Positions 30,255-41,837 of a stretch of DNA of 64,000 nucleotides are shown here, one piece after another. The notes under the pieces were generated by a model. The model saw only the letters and a list, made by a program, of their open reading frames with translations, was not told the origin of the DNA and ran no database searches. The position numbers and the translations under genes are program-made. The stretch covers positions 288,001-352,000 of the forward strand of contig CBDFFH010000015.1 of assembly GCA_965246715.1 (NCBI GenBank), written 5' to 3'. Source of the stretch: Chamaesiphon sp. GTDB taxonomy: Bacteria; Cyanobacteriota; Cyanobacteriia; Cyanobacteriales; Chamaesiphonaceae. Position 1 is the stretch's first letter, and every line of letters begins with the position of its first letter.

Positions 30255-31081
30255 GGCGTTGCTGGATTAGGATATGATCTAAGGCGATCGAGAGAAGTAA
30301 CAAGAGCAAATATCTAAATGGAATGTCCTGAATGTAGATCGTCTAATATCAATAAAAATGGGCGAATAAAGGGAAAGCAGAACCATATTTGTAAAGACTG
30401 CGGACGGCAATTTATAGATTGTTATGAAGCACACAGAGGATATTCACCACAAATCAAGCAGAAATGTTTGTCAATGTATGTTAATGGGATGGGATTTCGA
30501 GCAATAGAAAGAGTAATGGGTGTGCATAATACAACTGTCATGGATTGGGTGAAGCAAGTAGGGGGAAATCTCCCAGATTACTATAATTCAGACCAAATAC
30601 CAGAAGTTGGTGAGTTGGATGAGTTAGAGACGTTTGTTGGCTCAAAAAAAACAAGATCTGGCTCTGGACGGCAGTAAATCACTTTCAGATGGGTATTTTA
30701 GGATGGGTATTAGGCGACCACAGTGCTAAGACATTTAGACCGCTATGGGAGAATTTGGTAAGTACATGGAAATGTTATTTTTATGTGACGGATGGGTGGA
30801 GGGTCTATCCAATATTTATTCCAGATGGTGACCAAATCGTGAGTAAAACTTATATGACAAGAGTTGAGGGTGAAAACACTAGGCTCAGACATTACTTAGC
30901 TCGATTAAAAAGAAAAACATTATGTTATTCTAAGTGCGAACAAATGCTAAAGCATTCTATTAGATTGTTAATTCATTATCTTAAATTTGGTGAAGTACCA
31001 ACTCCTAATTCAGTTAGTTCTGGCGATCGACGGCACAGATTACCTCTCGATCGCCAAATCATATCTTAATCCAGCAACGCC
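30255..31081 (+). mobile_element. IS1-family insertion sequence, 24-bp TIRs, 8-bp TSD GGATTTCC
   Basis: ggcgttgctggattaggatatgat / atcatatcttaatccagcaacgcc; TSD at 30247-30254 and 31082-31089. Confidence 0.95.
30318..31069 (+). CDS. IS1 transposase InsA-InsB joined by -1 frameshift at A8C (30644-30652)
   Basis: CPEC...CKDC zinc finger plus HTH; -1 frame gives KKNKIWLW...YVTDGW...VEGENTRLRH. Confidence 0.9.
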
Positions 31082-31119
31082 GGATTTCCGATTAATGACT
31101 CCTGGCTTCGCTTCGGAAC

Positions 31120-32607
31120 CAGGGTGAACGCACTTAAATTTCCTACTATTTAAAATCCTCGCAAATCAGTTGCAGATTTGAATTACGAAAAGTATGAAAG
31201 CTTTAATGGTAAACAAGTATAGCCAGTTAATTATGTTATATTTATTGGAAATTCAGATCGCGTCAAATGAAGCTAAAGCCAAGGCATAGTATCGCAGAAC
31301 ACTTTGGTGACATAAAAGACATTAGAATTGAACGGGGGAAAAAACACAAACTAATCGATATTATCACGATCTCGATTTGTGCAGTAGTATGTGGAGCAGA
31401 TGGATGGGAAGACATAGAGCTGTATGGCATCACCAGAAAAAAATGGCTGGAGGAATTTCTAGAATTACCGAATGGGATACCATCTCACGATACATTTGCA
31501 CGGGTATTTTCACAAATTAATCCTGAAGAATTCAATAAATCTTTCCTGCATTGGATTAAAGGAATAAGTAAAATAACAGCAGGAGAGATAATCGCATTTG
31601 ATGGAAAACAATCTCGAAATTCAAGAGACGAAAAAAATGGTAAAGGAGTAATTAATACGGTCAGTGCTTGGGCAGCAAGTAATAGATTAGTATTAGGACA
31701 AACAAAAGTCGAGAGTAAATCAAATGAAATTACTGCATTGCCTGAGTTGATTAATGCCTTAGATCTAGCTGGATGTATAGTGACAATTGATGCAATGGGA
31801 TGTCAGCGAGAAATAGTCAAGAAAATTGTCAAAAAAGAAGCAGATTATGTAATTGCTGTCAAAAAGAATCAACCAAGTTTATATGAAAGGGTAGAACAGC
31901 TATTCAAACAGGCGATTAAAACTCGTGGTGAAAGTCTGAAAACGCATAGCTTCAGCAGTAGAGAGATGAATAGAGGTAGAGAGGAAACTCGTAATTACCT
32001 AATGATATCAGACATTGCAACATCAATAGATCCATTGCTAAAATGGCAAAATCTGACTAGTATTTGCATGGTAGAATCAGTTCGAGTTGTCAATGAAAAA
32101 ACCAGCGTAGAAGCTCGTTATTTCATCAGTAGCTTAGAAGATAATGTTGAAAAACTAGCAGAAGCAATCAGAGGTCATTGGTCGATAGAAAATTCACTCC
32201 ATTGGGTACTTGATGTTATTTTCAAAGAAGACATTAGTCGAATTAGAAAAGATAATGCTCCAGCTAATTTTGCTGTTTTAAGACATATAGCAGTTAATAT
32301 AATGAGTCAGAACAAGAGTCGAAAACTAAGTGTTAGGAAGAAGCGATTTCTTGCGAGCCTTGATGAAGAATATTCGCGCGAACTTCTAGAGGCTATTTTA
32401 GCCTAAATTTAACTAACCCCAGAGTATGAATTTGGCTAAATATCTTTAGCCGCACTTTTGCCGGACTAAATTGAGTTAATTTAACCTCGTCTTTGGTTTC
32501 GATTTTATTGATATTGTCGTAATTGTAGTTAAGCAATCGAATATCATTAATCGCCTATTTTAGTGGCTCTCGATCGAAATAAATCCTGTTTTGATGCGTT
32601 CACCCTG
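31120..32607 (+). mobile_element. ISAs1-family insertion sequence, 10-bp TSD GCTTCGGAAC
   Basis: TIR cagggtgaacgca / tgcgttcaccctg; TSD at 31110-31119 and 32608-32617. Confidence 0.95.
31267..32406 (+). CDS. ISAs1 family transposase (intact)
   Basis: GIPSHDTF, IAFDGK, KSNEITA, TIDAMGCQ, HWSIENSLHWVLDV. Confidence 0.97.
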   Translation: MKLKPRHSIAEHFGDIKDIRIERGKKHKLIDIITISICAVVCGADGWEDIELYGITRKKWLEEFLELPNGIPSHDTFARVFSQINPEEFNKSFLHWIKGISKITAGEIIAFDGKQSRNSRDEKNGKGVINTVSAWAASNRLVLGQTKVESKSNEITALPELINALDLAGCIVTIDAMGCQREIVKKIVKKEADYVIAVKKNQPSLYERVEQLFKQAIKTRGESLKTHSFSSREMNRGREETRNYLMISDIATSIDPLLKWQNLTSICMVESVRVVNEKTSVEARYFISSLEDNVEKLAEAIRGHWSIENSLHWVLDVIFKEDISRIRKDNAPANFAVLRHIAVNIMSQNKSRKLSVRKKRFLASLDEEYSRELLEAILA

Positions 32608-32617
32608 GCTTCGGAAC

Positions 32618-32750
32618 CGCCCCCGAAAAATAAACTTTAACCTACAGATCGACCCATAGTGCCAAGCTAATGCGAAGCGCCAATCGCTGCCCACCAACAA
32701 ACCCTTGTGCAGGGGAGTTTGAGGAGCGGAATGCCGCCCCTCAACGGGCA
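32618..32750. repeat. Distal part of the MITE family B copy that hosts IS1 and ISAs1 (left end at about 30229)
   Basis: Reverse complement aligns to 27718-27825. Confidence 0.7.
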
Positions 32751-33049
32751 GGGTGGTTTCATACAAGAAAAGAAAAAACATCATCGACTTGGTTAGCCCA
32801 CAATCGTAAAGCTTGTGGGTATCGATCGAGCATACTAAGTAGTAAAGAGCCGGTTATTGTTGCTAGATATTAAGTTAAATTTTTACTCGATCGCGTCCAA
32901 TCCCTAATTTCTTTGCGACAATCAAAGTCAATGCTTATTGGCTAGCGATCGCTAAGCTCGGAACCAATCCCCAGCCTGTTCTCGCAGAGGAACAACAGGC
33001 GGGGAGCCGAAGTAGAATGTTCGCCGCTAATCCCTATGAGGAAAAATAT

Positions 33050-34576
33050 ATGAAATTAGCTTATTGGATGTATGCCGCTCCCGCTCACATTGGGACATTG
33101 CGCGTCGCAACTTCGTTCAAAAACGTTCACGCGATCATGCACGCGCCCATCGGTGATGACTATTTTAACGTCATGCGATCGATGCTGTCGCGGGAACGGG
33201 ACTTTACACCAGTAACTACCAGCGTAGTCGATCGACACGTTCTATCGCGGGGTTCGCAGGAAAAAGTCGTTGATAATATTACCCGCAAGGATGCCGAAGA
33301 GCATCCCGATTTGATCGTCCTCACGCCGACTTGTACTTCCAGCATTCTCCAAGAGGATTTGGCTAACTTCGTCCAACGGGCATCCTTGGAAGCCAAAGCC
33401 GATGTCTTATTGGCCGATGTCAATCACTATCGCTTCAACGAGATGCAGGCTGCCGATCGCACGTTGCAACAGATCGTCCAGTATTATGTCGAAAAAGCCA
33501 GAAAAAAAGGCGATTTAGTCACCCAGAAAAGCGAGAAACCATCGGTAAATATTATCGGCATCTCCACCCTCGCTTTCCACAATAATCACGACTGCACCGA
33601 ACTCAAAAAGTTAATGGGTGAGTTGGGAATTACCGTTAACGCCATCATTCCTGAAGGCGCACATGTTGAAGAACTCAAAGGCCTGGGTAAAGCCTGGTTT
33701 AACTTGTCTCCCTACCGCGAATTAGGGCCGATGACGGTAGAATACCTCGAACGCGAATTGGGCACGCCCTACGTCGATATTACCCCTATGGGTGTAGTCG
33801 AGACAGCCCGGTGCATTCGGAAGATTCAAACCATCCTTAATGCTAACGGTGCGGATGTCAATTATGAAGATTTCATCAACGAGCAAACTATCCACGTTTC
33901 GCAAGCTGCCTGGTTCTCCCGATCGATCGATTGTCAAAACCTGACTGGCAAAAAAGCAGTCGTCTATGGTGATGCTACCCATGCAGCCGCGATTACCAAG
34001 ATTCTCACCCGCGAGATGGGGATTCACGTTGTGTGGGCGGGGACTTTTTGCAAACCTGATGAAGAGTGGTTCCGCAAGGAAGTCGAGGGTTTCTGCGATG
34101 AAGTAATTATCTCTGACGATCATGGATTAATTGGCGATGCGATCGCCAAAAGCGAACCTTCAGCCATCTTTGGTACCCAAATGGAACGCCACGTTGGAAA
34201 ACGTTTGAATATTCCGACTGGGGTAATTTCGGCCCCGATTCACGTTCAGAATTTCCCGATCGGTTATAAGCCTTTCTTGGGTTATGAAGGTACGAATCAA
34301 GTCGTCGATCTGATCTACAATTCCTTCACTCTAGGCATGGAAGATCACCTATTAGAAATCTTCGGCGGTCACGATACTAAGGAAGTAATTACTAAAGGGA
34401 TCTCGGCTGATTCTGACCTGGGTTGGAATAAAGAAGCGCAAGCCGAACTCAATAAGGTGCCTGGGTTCGTACGCGGTAAAGTCAAGCGTAACACCGAGAA
34501 ATTCGCCCGCGATCGCGGTCAGGATATCATCACGCTCGAAGTAATGTATGCAGCCAAAGAAGCTGTAGGTGCATAG
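33050..34576 (+). CDS. chlB: Light-independent protochlorophyllide reductase subunit B
   Basis: [31 protein letters not shown]-terminal PCP_red domain. Confidence 0.98.
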   Translation: MKLAYWMYAAPAHIGTLRVATSFKNVHAIMHAPIGDDYFNVMRSMLSRERDFTPVTTSVVDRHVLSRGSQEKVVDNITRKDAEEHPDLIVLTPTCTSSILQEDLANFVQRASLEAKADVLLADVNHYRFNEMQAADRTLQQIVQYYVEKARKKGDLVTQKSEKPSVNIIGISTLAFHNNHDCTELKKLMGELGITVNAIIPEGAHVEELKGLGKAWFNLSPYRELGPMTVEYLERELGTPYVDITPMGVVETARCIRKIQTILNANGADVNYEDFINEQTIHVSQAAWFSRSIDCQNLTGKKAVVYGDATHAAAITKILTREMGIHVVWAGTFCKPDEEWFRKEVEGFCDEVIISDDHGLIGDAIAKSEPSAIFGTQMERHVGKRLNIPTGVISAPIHVQNFPIGYKPFLGYEGTNQVVDLIYNSFTLGMEDHLLEIFGGHDTKEVITKGISADSDLGWNKEAQAELNKVPGFVRGKVKRNTEKFARDRGQDIITLEVMYAAKEAVGA

Positions 34577-34754
34577 ATAAATATCCATCGATCGGTTGCT
34601 GAAAATACAAAATTTTGTAGGGGTGGGTTTCCGGTAGAAATTATCGAAAAATTTGATTGATATCGATCGAACCCGCCCGCTCCAACAGCAACCGATTTTT
34701 GTTAATAAAAAGATGCGATCGCGAGTAAAAAATTTAGCATTTTGCCATCGAGAA

Positions 34755-35336
34755 TTAGTGACGAGTCGAGCGAGGGCGATCGATAACTCGATCGATTAAT
34801 CCATATTCCACTGCTTCAGCAGGTGAAAACCAGAAATCTTGCTGGGTGTCGGCTTGGATTGTTGTTACGGGTTGCCCTGTATGTACTGCCAGTAAATCGT
34901 TTATCAGGCTCTGAATCTGGTGCATTTCTCGTGCTTGAGTCTCGAGATCGACACCATCCACAACACCAGCATACAGCGGACACAACATTATCCGTGCTTG
35001 AGGCAAGCTAAATCGCTTTCCTTTGGTGCCACTCGCTAGTAAAAATCCGGCCATCCCACCAGCTAAACCCATACAAACCGTACTCGTATCGACATCAATA
35101 TGCTGAATGGTATCGTAAATTGCCATCCCCGCAGTGACAGAACCACCTGAAGAATTGATGTGTAGATGAATGTCTTTACTTGAATCTTTGTCTGCTAAAT
35201 ACAGCAGTTGGGCGACGATCGAATTTGTTAACTCATCATCTATTTCAGCGCTTATGAAAATTATGCGTTCGCGCAATAGTCGAGTATAAACATCTAGGGG
35301 ATTATCCTCATTCGATCGGTTGCCGAAAATACCCAT
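34755..35336 (-). CDS. ClpP-family subunit lacking catalytic Ser and His (probably inactive)
   Basis: DVYTRLLRERIIF, INSSGGSVTAGMAIYDT; GLAGGMAG instead of GLAASMG; RIMLCPL instead of RIMIHQP. Confidence 0.85.
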   Translation of the reverse strand: MGIFGNRSNEDNPLDVYTRLLRERIIFISAEIDDELTNSIVAQLLYLADKDSSKDIHLHINSSGGSVTAGMAIYDTIQHIDVDTSTVCMGLAGGMAGFLLASGTKGKRFSLPQARIMLCPLYAGVVDGVDLETQAREMHQIQSLINDLLAVHTGQPVTTIQADTQQDFWFSPAEAVEYGLIDRVIDRPRSTRH

Positions 35337-35555
35337 TATTTTCCAGCCTTAAAGTTCTCAACGACCATAATATAGCCAAATATTACCAATAATGAAAGCA
35401 TTTCATCAGAAATAAGACATTTGCGCGATCGATCTTTAGAGCTTCTGTTCGTTCGTGGCCGAGATAATCCAAAATCCAAAATCAAACGACTGCCATCAAC
35501 CGAGGCATCAACGCTTATAATGAGTGTGCTAGTTGTGGACGCTCCAAGAACTGAC

Positions 35556-36947
35556 ATGGTAAATTTAAATCCGACTTCTTCTTTCAGTATTTCCATGCAC
35601 CTGGAAGTACCCAATCGATCGGGTATGTTGGCAAGTATCGCTCAGGGGATTGCTTCGGTGGGCGGAAATATCAGTACGTTGGATATTACCGAACAGACGC
35701 GCGATCTGTCGCGGATGGATGTCACTGTCGATGCTACCAGTACCGAACATGGCGACCAAATTGTCGAAGTAGTCAAATCGATTCCCGAAGTGCGATTGAC
35801 GAGTACCTTCGATCGCACGATGGAACTGCATCGCGGCGGTAAAATTCGGATGGAGAGTAAGATTTCGCTTACCCGTCAGTCGGATTTGGCGATGGCTTAT
35901 ACGCCGGGAGTCGGGCGCGTGTGTATGGCAATCCATGCCGAGCCAGAAAAAGTTTACGCCCTAACGATCAAGTGTAATACAGTCGCGATCGTCAGCGATG
36001 GGAGTGCAGTATTGGGATTGGGCAATTTGGGCGCAGCCGCTTCGATGCCGGTAATGGAAGGTAAGGCGATGCTATTTAAAGAATTTGCGGGGCTGGATGC
36101 CTTCCCCATCTGTCTGGATACCCAAGATACCGAAGAAATTATCAAAACTGTCAAACATCTCGCGCCAGTATTTGGCGGCATCAATCTCGAAGATATCGCT
36201 GCGCCGCGTTGTTTTGAGATCGAAGCCAGATTGCGCGCCGAGTTGGATATTCCGGTATTTCATGACGACCAACATGGTACCGCGATCGTCACTCTCGCGG
36301 CACTACTGAACTCGCTCAAGCTGGTGAAAAAGCAACTCAATACCGTCAAAATCGTCATTAACGGTGCGGGTGCAGCCGGAATCGCGATCGCGAAATTATT
36401 TAAAACCGCTGGTGTCGAGCATATCTGTATCTGTGACTCCAAAGGCATCATCTCCACGAATCGGACAGATCTCAATCCCGAAAAACTCGAATTTGCGGTC
36501 AGTCAAACGGGTACGCTCGCCGATGCGATGGTGGGTGTGGATGTCTTCCTCGGCGTGAGTGCGCCGGGAGTCGTCAGCCCCGAAATGGTCAAATCGATGG
36601 CCAAAGATCCGATCGTGTTTGCAATGGCCAATCCGATTCCCGAAATCCAACCTGAATTAGTCCGCAATGACGTGGCGGTGATGGCGACAGGACGCAGTGA
36701 CTATCCTAACCAAATCAATAACGTCTTAGCCTTTCCTGGGGTCTTTCGCGGCGCGATCGATTGCCGTGCCAACCAGATTACGATTAACATGTGCCTCGAA
36801 GCGGCCAAAGCGATCGCATCTTTGATTAATCCCAACGAACTCAACCGCGAATATATCGTGCCATCGGTGTTCGATAAACGCGTCGTCACTGCTGTTGCTG
36901 GTGCAGTCCAAAAAGCAGCGCGAGAAGAAGGGGTTGCGAAATACTAG
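35556..36947 (+). CDS. Malic enzyme with N-terminal ACT domain
   Basis: AYTPGVG, VMEGKAMLFK, VFHDDQHGT, GAGAAG, GRSDYPNQINN. Confidence 0.95.
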   Translation: MVNLNPTSSFSISMHLEVPNRSGMLASIAQGIASVGGNISTLDITEQTRDLSRMDVTVDATSTEHGDQIVEVVKSIPEVRLTSTFDRTMELHRGGKIRMESKISLTRQSDLAMAYTPGVGRVCMAIHAEPEKVYALTIKCNTVAIVSDGSAVLGLGNLGAAASMPVMEGKAMLFKEFAGLDAFPICLDTQDTEEIIKTVKHLAPVFGGINLEDIAAPRCFEIEARLRAELDIPVFHDDQHGTAIVTLAALLNSLKLVKKQLNTVKIVINGAGAAGIAIAKLFKTAGVEHICICDSKGIISTNRTDLNPEKLEFAVSQTGTLADAMVGVDVFLGVSAPGVVSPEMVKSMAKDPIVFAMANPIPEIQPELVRNDVAVMATGRSDYPNQINNVLAFPGVFRGAIDCRANQITINMCLEAAKAIASLINPNELNREYIVPSVFDKRVVTAVAGAVQKAAREEGVAKY

Positions 36948-37030
36948 GAAATGAGGATTTAATAACATACAAATCTACCCTTGCCCCTACCAATGGTCGG
37001 GTTGGGGGCGGTACCTAATCCTTAGACCCA

Positions 37031-38359
37031 GTGATTCAGTCAGTTAATCGCAAGAATTTATGGTTCGAACGATCGATGGCAATAATTGCCTCGATCGGAT
37101 TTTTAGTGGCAATATTCGATCTGACTTATATCCCCTGGCGCGGGTTCTATTTCAAGCAGATTCCTCAAGTTACGCAGTTTTACGATCCCTACAAAGGGAT
37201 CGAACCACATCGCGAAACCGAGCGCTATCTCAATGCTGTCGAACAACTTAAAGGAGTAGTTAAAACAACCGGAATAGCTTCCCCCGAAGCTCAAAGTTGG
37301 CTACAAGAATTGGATACTTTGAGCGTGAGTATGATTCAAAATAATCCTTTTCAAGCTGCTGGCAAAACTGGTAACTTAGAAAAGATTAAAAATGAAGTGC
37401 GCGATCGCGTTCGCAATCAGTCGGCAAAGGGTGCGTTTGCAACTTTCTGGAGTCAACCTTACTTAATTAAGGCTGGCTGGGACAAGGAGATTGGTTTCTA
37501 CGATCGCAAAATCAAACCATTAATCGTCACTAACTATTATCGCCGTTTAGATGAGGATGGAGATTTTATCGATCGCTTCTGGGAGATCGATCTGATTTTT
37601 ATCGGTATCCTCGCTGGTGAATTTATCGGGAGAAACTTTTATATTCGCCGTCACAATCGGAACGCTAGTTGGCAGCAAGCAATTATCTGGCGCTGGTATG
37701 ACCTGATCCTATTATTACCGTTCGCTCGCATTCTGAGAGTAATTCCAGTTGTCATCCGATGGCACCAGGCAAAATTTATTAACTTAGACTTAATCCGGAT
37801 CGAAGTCAATCGCTTGCTCGTCGGGCAAATTATTAACGATCTGACTGATGCTGTCGTGATACAAGTATTGCAAAAAACTCAAAGTGCAGTCAAGCAGGGG
37901 CAAATAATCAAACTTATGGGTGGCTATCTCAACGGGCCACACATCGATTTAAATAATGTTAATGAAATTGAAGCGATTGTCGAACTAATTTTGGAGATCG
38001 TGGTCTATCGGGTAATTCCGAGAATTCAGCCGGATCTCGAAGCGATATTTCGACATTTATTTCACAAAGCCTTATTGGAATCTCCCGCTTATCGCAATCT
38101 CCAAATGCTCCCTGGTATTGGCGAGTTGCCCGCTCAGGCGATCGATCGAGTGGTTAAGGAAGTTTCGGCATCAATCTACATTGCCCTTACCAAAGTCATG
38201 GCAGACCCCGATCGAGGTAAGCTCGGTCAACAGCTAGCCGCCAATCTCACTCAAGCGCTCGGCGATGAAATGCAGCGCGGCCAGACAGTTATCAAGATCG
38301 AAGCTCTGCTCTACGATCTACTCGAAGAAATTAAAGTTACTTACAATAATAAATTATAG
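37031..38359 (+). CDS. Conserved cyanobacterial membrane protein, function unknown
   Basis: FDLTYIPWR...YDPYKGIEPHRET; several TM segments. Confidence 0.8.
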   Translation: MIQSVNRKNLWFERSMAIIASIGFLVAIFDLTYIPWRGFYFKQIPQVTQFYDPYKGIEPHRETERYLNAVEQLKGVVKTTGIASPEAQSWLQELDTLSVSMIQNNPFQAAGKTGNLEKIKNEVRDRVRNQSAKGAFATFWSQPYLIKAGWDKEIGFYDRKIKPLIVTNYYRRLDEDGDFIDRFWEIDLIFIGILAGEFIGRNFYIRRHNRNASWQQAIIWRWYDLILLLPFARILRVIPVVIRWHQAKFINLDLIRIEVNRLLVGQIINDLTDAVVIQVLQKTQSAVKQGQIIKLMGGYLNGPHIDLNNVNEIEAIVELILEIVVYRVIPRIQPDLEAIFRHLFHKALLESPAYRNLQMLPGIGELPAQAIDRVVKEVSASIYIALTKVMADPDRGKLGQQLAANLTQALGDEMQRGQTVIKIEALLYDLLEEIKVTYNNKL

Positions 38360-38402
38360 AATTTACGAACCATCTGCTGTCGATCGACTAATATTTTCGA
38401 AT

Positions 38403-39854
38403 TCATACTGGTGGAAACTTTTTTAAAAATTGCATTAGTTCCTTCCGGAAATTAGGATTATTATAACGTTTTGCTGACATTGCGCCTAAGTGCAATGCTG
38501 TATGCGCTAAGTTGAATTGTTCTGTATAATAGAGTGCCATTCCCTCAGCATAAAAGCTAGTTTCATCGCGATCGATCTGCTGTTCCAACCCACAATCTTG
38601 AATTGATTTTGCGCGATCGAAATCCTCAATCGCCTGGGGAATTTTACCCTGCTCGTAATAGATTACCCCGCGATGATATAGGGCATAAATATACATTGGC
38701 GAAAGCTCGATTGCTTGCGTAAAATTCTCGATCGCGTGAGTTTGTAATCGCGAACGGTGGTAAATTATTCCAAGTAAATAATGAGCGTCAAAACAAGCTT
38801 TGTCTAATTCTTGAGCCTGCTGACAACTACTCACCGCTTGCTCGTAGTTGCCCTGGCGAAAATAAATCCACGCGATCTCGGTATAAGCTTTAACATATCG
38901 AGGATTGAGTTCGATCGTCTGCTCGTAATCGGCTAAGGCATTATTTAAATTACCTAGTTCCGCATGACAGATTCCGCGTCGAAAATAAGGCGGAATCGAC
39001 TGAGGAGCTAGGGAAATAGCTTTAGTGCAATCCTCGATTGCTTTAGAATATTTGCCGCGCAAGCGATGAATTTCAGCGCGATCGTCATATACAGTTGGTT
39101 GCCACGGATTATTCTGCAAAAAGAGATCGTAATCAGCACCTGCCTCTTCAAGATTACCTAATTGTTGATGAGTGCGCCCGCGTGCATGATACAGGATAAT
39201 CTCTTCTGGCTTAAGCGCGATCGCCCGCTCGAAATCGGTCAAAGCGAGGGTATATTTTTTCAGTCGATCTAAACAGATACCGCGATAATAGTAACCATAA
39301 GAATCATGCGGACAAGCCGTAACATGGCGATCCAAGATCGATAATGCTGTTGCATGGTCTTTCACCTTAATTAAGGCCATTGCTGCCAGCCACAGCGCTT
39401 CAGAATGCTCGGGAGACTTGGAAAGGATATGCCGACAATCGGCTAGAGTTACCGAATAGTCATTCAAACAGTAAGCGACGATTGCGCGTTGATGAAAATA
39501 TTCCTCGCACTCGGGAGCGCACTTAATCGCTAAATTGCAAGCATCTAAAGCGGCTGGATAATCTTTGAGATTGTAGTGAGCACGAGCTAGCCCGATATAG
39601 GCTGGAGCTAATTTAGGATCGATTACTCCCCAGCCAGAACTTGCTACTGCTGTAGTTTGTGGGGTAGCGACGGCTACCGATCCCTGGAGCGCAATGTCGA
39701 TCGCTAGCAGGTATGCTGCTTTTGCGCGATTGTAGTCTTTCGATTGCATTAAGTTGCGCGCTGCTTCACAATGAGATCGCACTAACTGTTCGATGTCCAT
39801 CATACTTTCTCGATTCGGCGGACTTGGGGTTGCAGCATCAAATGGTAACGGCAT
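38403..39854 (-). CDS. Tetratricopeptide repeat protein
   Basis: Multiple YxxRG...A..D...AI.L.P units. Confidence 0.88.
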   Translation of the reverse strand: MPLPFDAATPSPPNRESMMDIEQLVRSHCEAARNLMQSKDYNRAKAAYLLAIDIALQGSVAVATPQTTAVASSGWGVIDPKLAPAYIGLARAHYNLKDYPAALDACNLAIKCAPECEEYFHQRAIVAYCLNDYSVTLADCRHILSKSPEHSEALWLAAMALIKVKDHATALSILDRHVTACPHDSYGYYYRGICLDRLKKYTLALTDFERAIALKPEEIILYHARGRTHQQLGNLEEAGADYDLFLQNNPWQPTVYDDRAEIHRLRGKYSKAIEDCTKAISLAPQSIPPYFRRGICHAELGNLNNALADYEQTIELNPRYVKAYTEIAWIYFRQGNYEQAVSSCQQAQELDKACFDAHYLLGIIYHRSRLQTHAIENFTQAIELSPMYIYALYHRGVIYYEQGKIPQAIEDFDRAKSIQDCGLEQQIDRDETSFYAEGMALYYTEQFNLAHTALHLGAMSAKRYNNPNFRKELMQFLKKFPPV

Positions 39855-40311
39855 ATTATAGTCTAGACACCCAAATAAATATCGCTAGCGATGCTCTGTC
39901 GCAATTGTGAAGCTACGAGATTTCTAGTTCGGACTCGCTCCCAATTTCGGCTCGAACCCTACTTTAATTTTGGCCGAATATAGTTAGAGAATGCACTTAT
40001 TTTTACTTAATAAAAATTTTTACCTCTTCTTTGCCGACTCAATCTCCACTACATGGAAATTTTCCACAACCGTTTTCACCCAGTCTGAAAGCTTATATCT
40101 ATATTACCCCTTTAAGCGGAGAATATCGCTAATCAAATATCTACTATGGTCGATTGTCATCGACCGTTCCGAGCTAGTGCAACATCCCGATCGGCGAATC
40201 CACTTCGTTCTAATACGATCGGCTGTGGTCATGCAATGTTGTTGTTGGCTGGACAGTCCCGATCGATACATTAATCATCATGCGCTATACATCGGATCCT
40301 AACTTGGCGTT

Positions 40312-41537
40312 GGGAGCATCCCACTTTTTATTAGTTTTATGTAGATAAAGCGTATGTACTAGTATGGCGATCGAGAAATCTGGTGAAAATAGCAGCAGAG
40401 GGAGCATAATCTTGAGATAATGGGGTCAAGTAAACTAAGGTAGTGTAATGAGTCCAGAAGAGCAAAAAGAACTCGATCGACACACAAAAGCTATTGCCAA
40501 AATATTGTATAAAAATACACCAAAAGAAGAACTAACAAGCTTAGGAAAAATCGAAGAAGCGGTGAGAGCGAGAATGCAAGAGTATGTGATGCCATCCGTC
40601 GGAATTTTTTTATCGAAAATGTCACAGTCGAAACTGGAGGATATAAAAGACAGATCCAAAGCATAATTGGAGAATTAGCAATCACAAGCAAACAGGCAGC
40701 CAAGCTAAATATCAAAAGTCATACCCAAATCAGTCCGTATTTGGAAGCTTGTTGCTTGCGTATAAGTGCATCAATTTCTTACGAAAGGACAACAGAGGAA
40801 GTCAAATATTTAACTGGAGTGGAGATATCAAAAAGTGCCCAACAGAGGTTAATTCACAGACAAGAATTTGAATTGCCTCAAGCTGAGACACCCGTGGCAG
40901 AATTGAGTGTAGATGGGGGGAATATTCGAGTGAGAACCCCAAAGGGAGAGGTGTGTAGCTGGAAAGGATACAAAGCAACAGTACTACATCAACAGCAAAA
41001 AATTGCATCATCATTTCAAGAAAATGAGACGATCGTTAATTGGGTAAATAGTCAAGAATTAGCTCCAGTTGTTACTTGCTTAGGTGATGGCCATGACGGG
41101 GTATGGAATATCATCAAGGAATTTGTACCTATTGGTGAAAGAAGAGAAATTCTCGACTGGTTTCATTTGATGGAAAATCTCCATAAAATTGGCGGTTCCA
41201 ACCAAAGATTATTTGCAGCCAGAGAATTACTCTGGTACGGAAAAGTTGATGAGACGATTAAGTTGTTTGGTGATTGTAATCTCAAGCAAGCTGAAAACTT
41301 TTGTGCTTATTTAGAGAAACATCGTCATCGGATAATTAATTATTATTATTTTCAAGCCGAACAAATCTGCTCTATTGGTTCTGGTTCCATTGAGTCTACA
41401 ATTAAACAGATCGATCGCCGGACTAAAATTTCTGGAGCGCAGTGGAAATCTGAAAATGTTCCTCAAGTATTAGCGCATCGCTGCGCCTACCTCAACGGGT
41501 TAATTTGCGATCGCTAAATAAAAAGTGGGATGCTCCC
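40312..41537 (+). mobile_element. ISKra4-family insertion sequence, 9-bp TSD CTTGGCGTT
   Basis: TIR gggagcatcccactttt / aaaagtgggatgctccc; TSD at 40303-40311 and 41538-41546. Confidence 0.93.
40448..41517 (+). CDS. ISKra4-family transposase in two frames (shift at the T7 run near 40605-40611)
   Basis: SVDGG, CLGDGHDGVWN, EILDWFHLMENL, IGSGSIESTIKQI. Confidence 0.85.
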
Positions 41538-41808
41538 CTTGGCGTTATCGACATGAAAACAATGTATTTGCGTGCTGACAAGCAAGCATCGTCTATCGAT
41601 ACAAATGAATTTTTACGGCGGTTGTAGTTACCAACCTTCATTAAAATTCGCCCGACATACTAGTTTTAACTGCTAACTTTGTAACTGTAGCTTCCCATAC
41701 TATCTGCAACACCTGATGTTGATAAATATGATGGTAATGCAATAATAATAAATATGAAGTTATCTTCGAGCGATAAGATCTTGGCGGCGATTGCGGCAGC
41801 GGTTGAAA

Positions 41809-41837
41809 TACTCCAGTCAAAAAAATTGACTGGAGTA
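41809..41837. terminator. 12-bp stem hairpin in a long intergenic region
   Basis: tactccagtcaa-aaaaa-ttgactggagta. Confidence 0.4.

Noticed and set aside
39991..40302. 103-aa ORF beside ISKra4 as a disrupted gene
   Set aside because: No recognisable motif, and I saw no convincing continuation after removing the IS.
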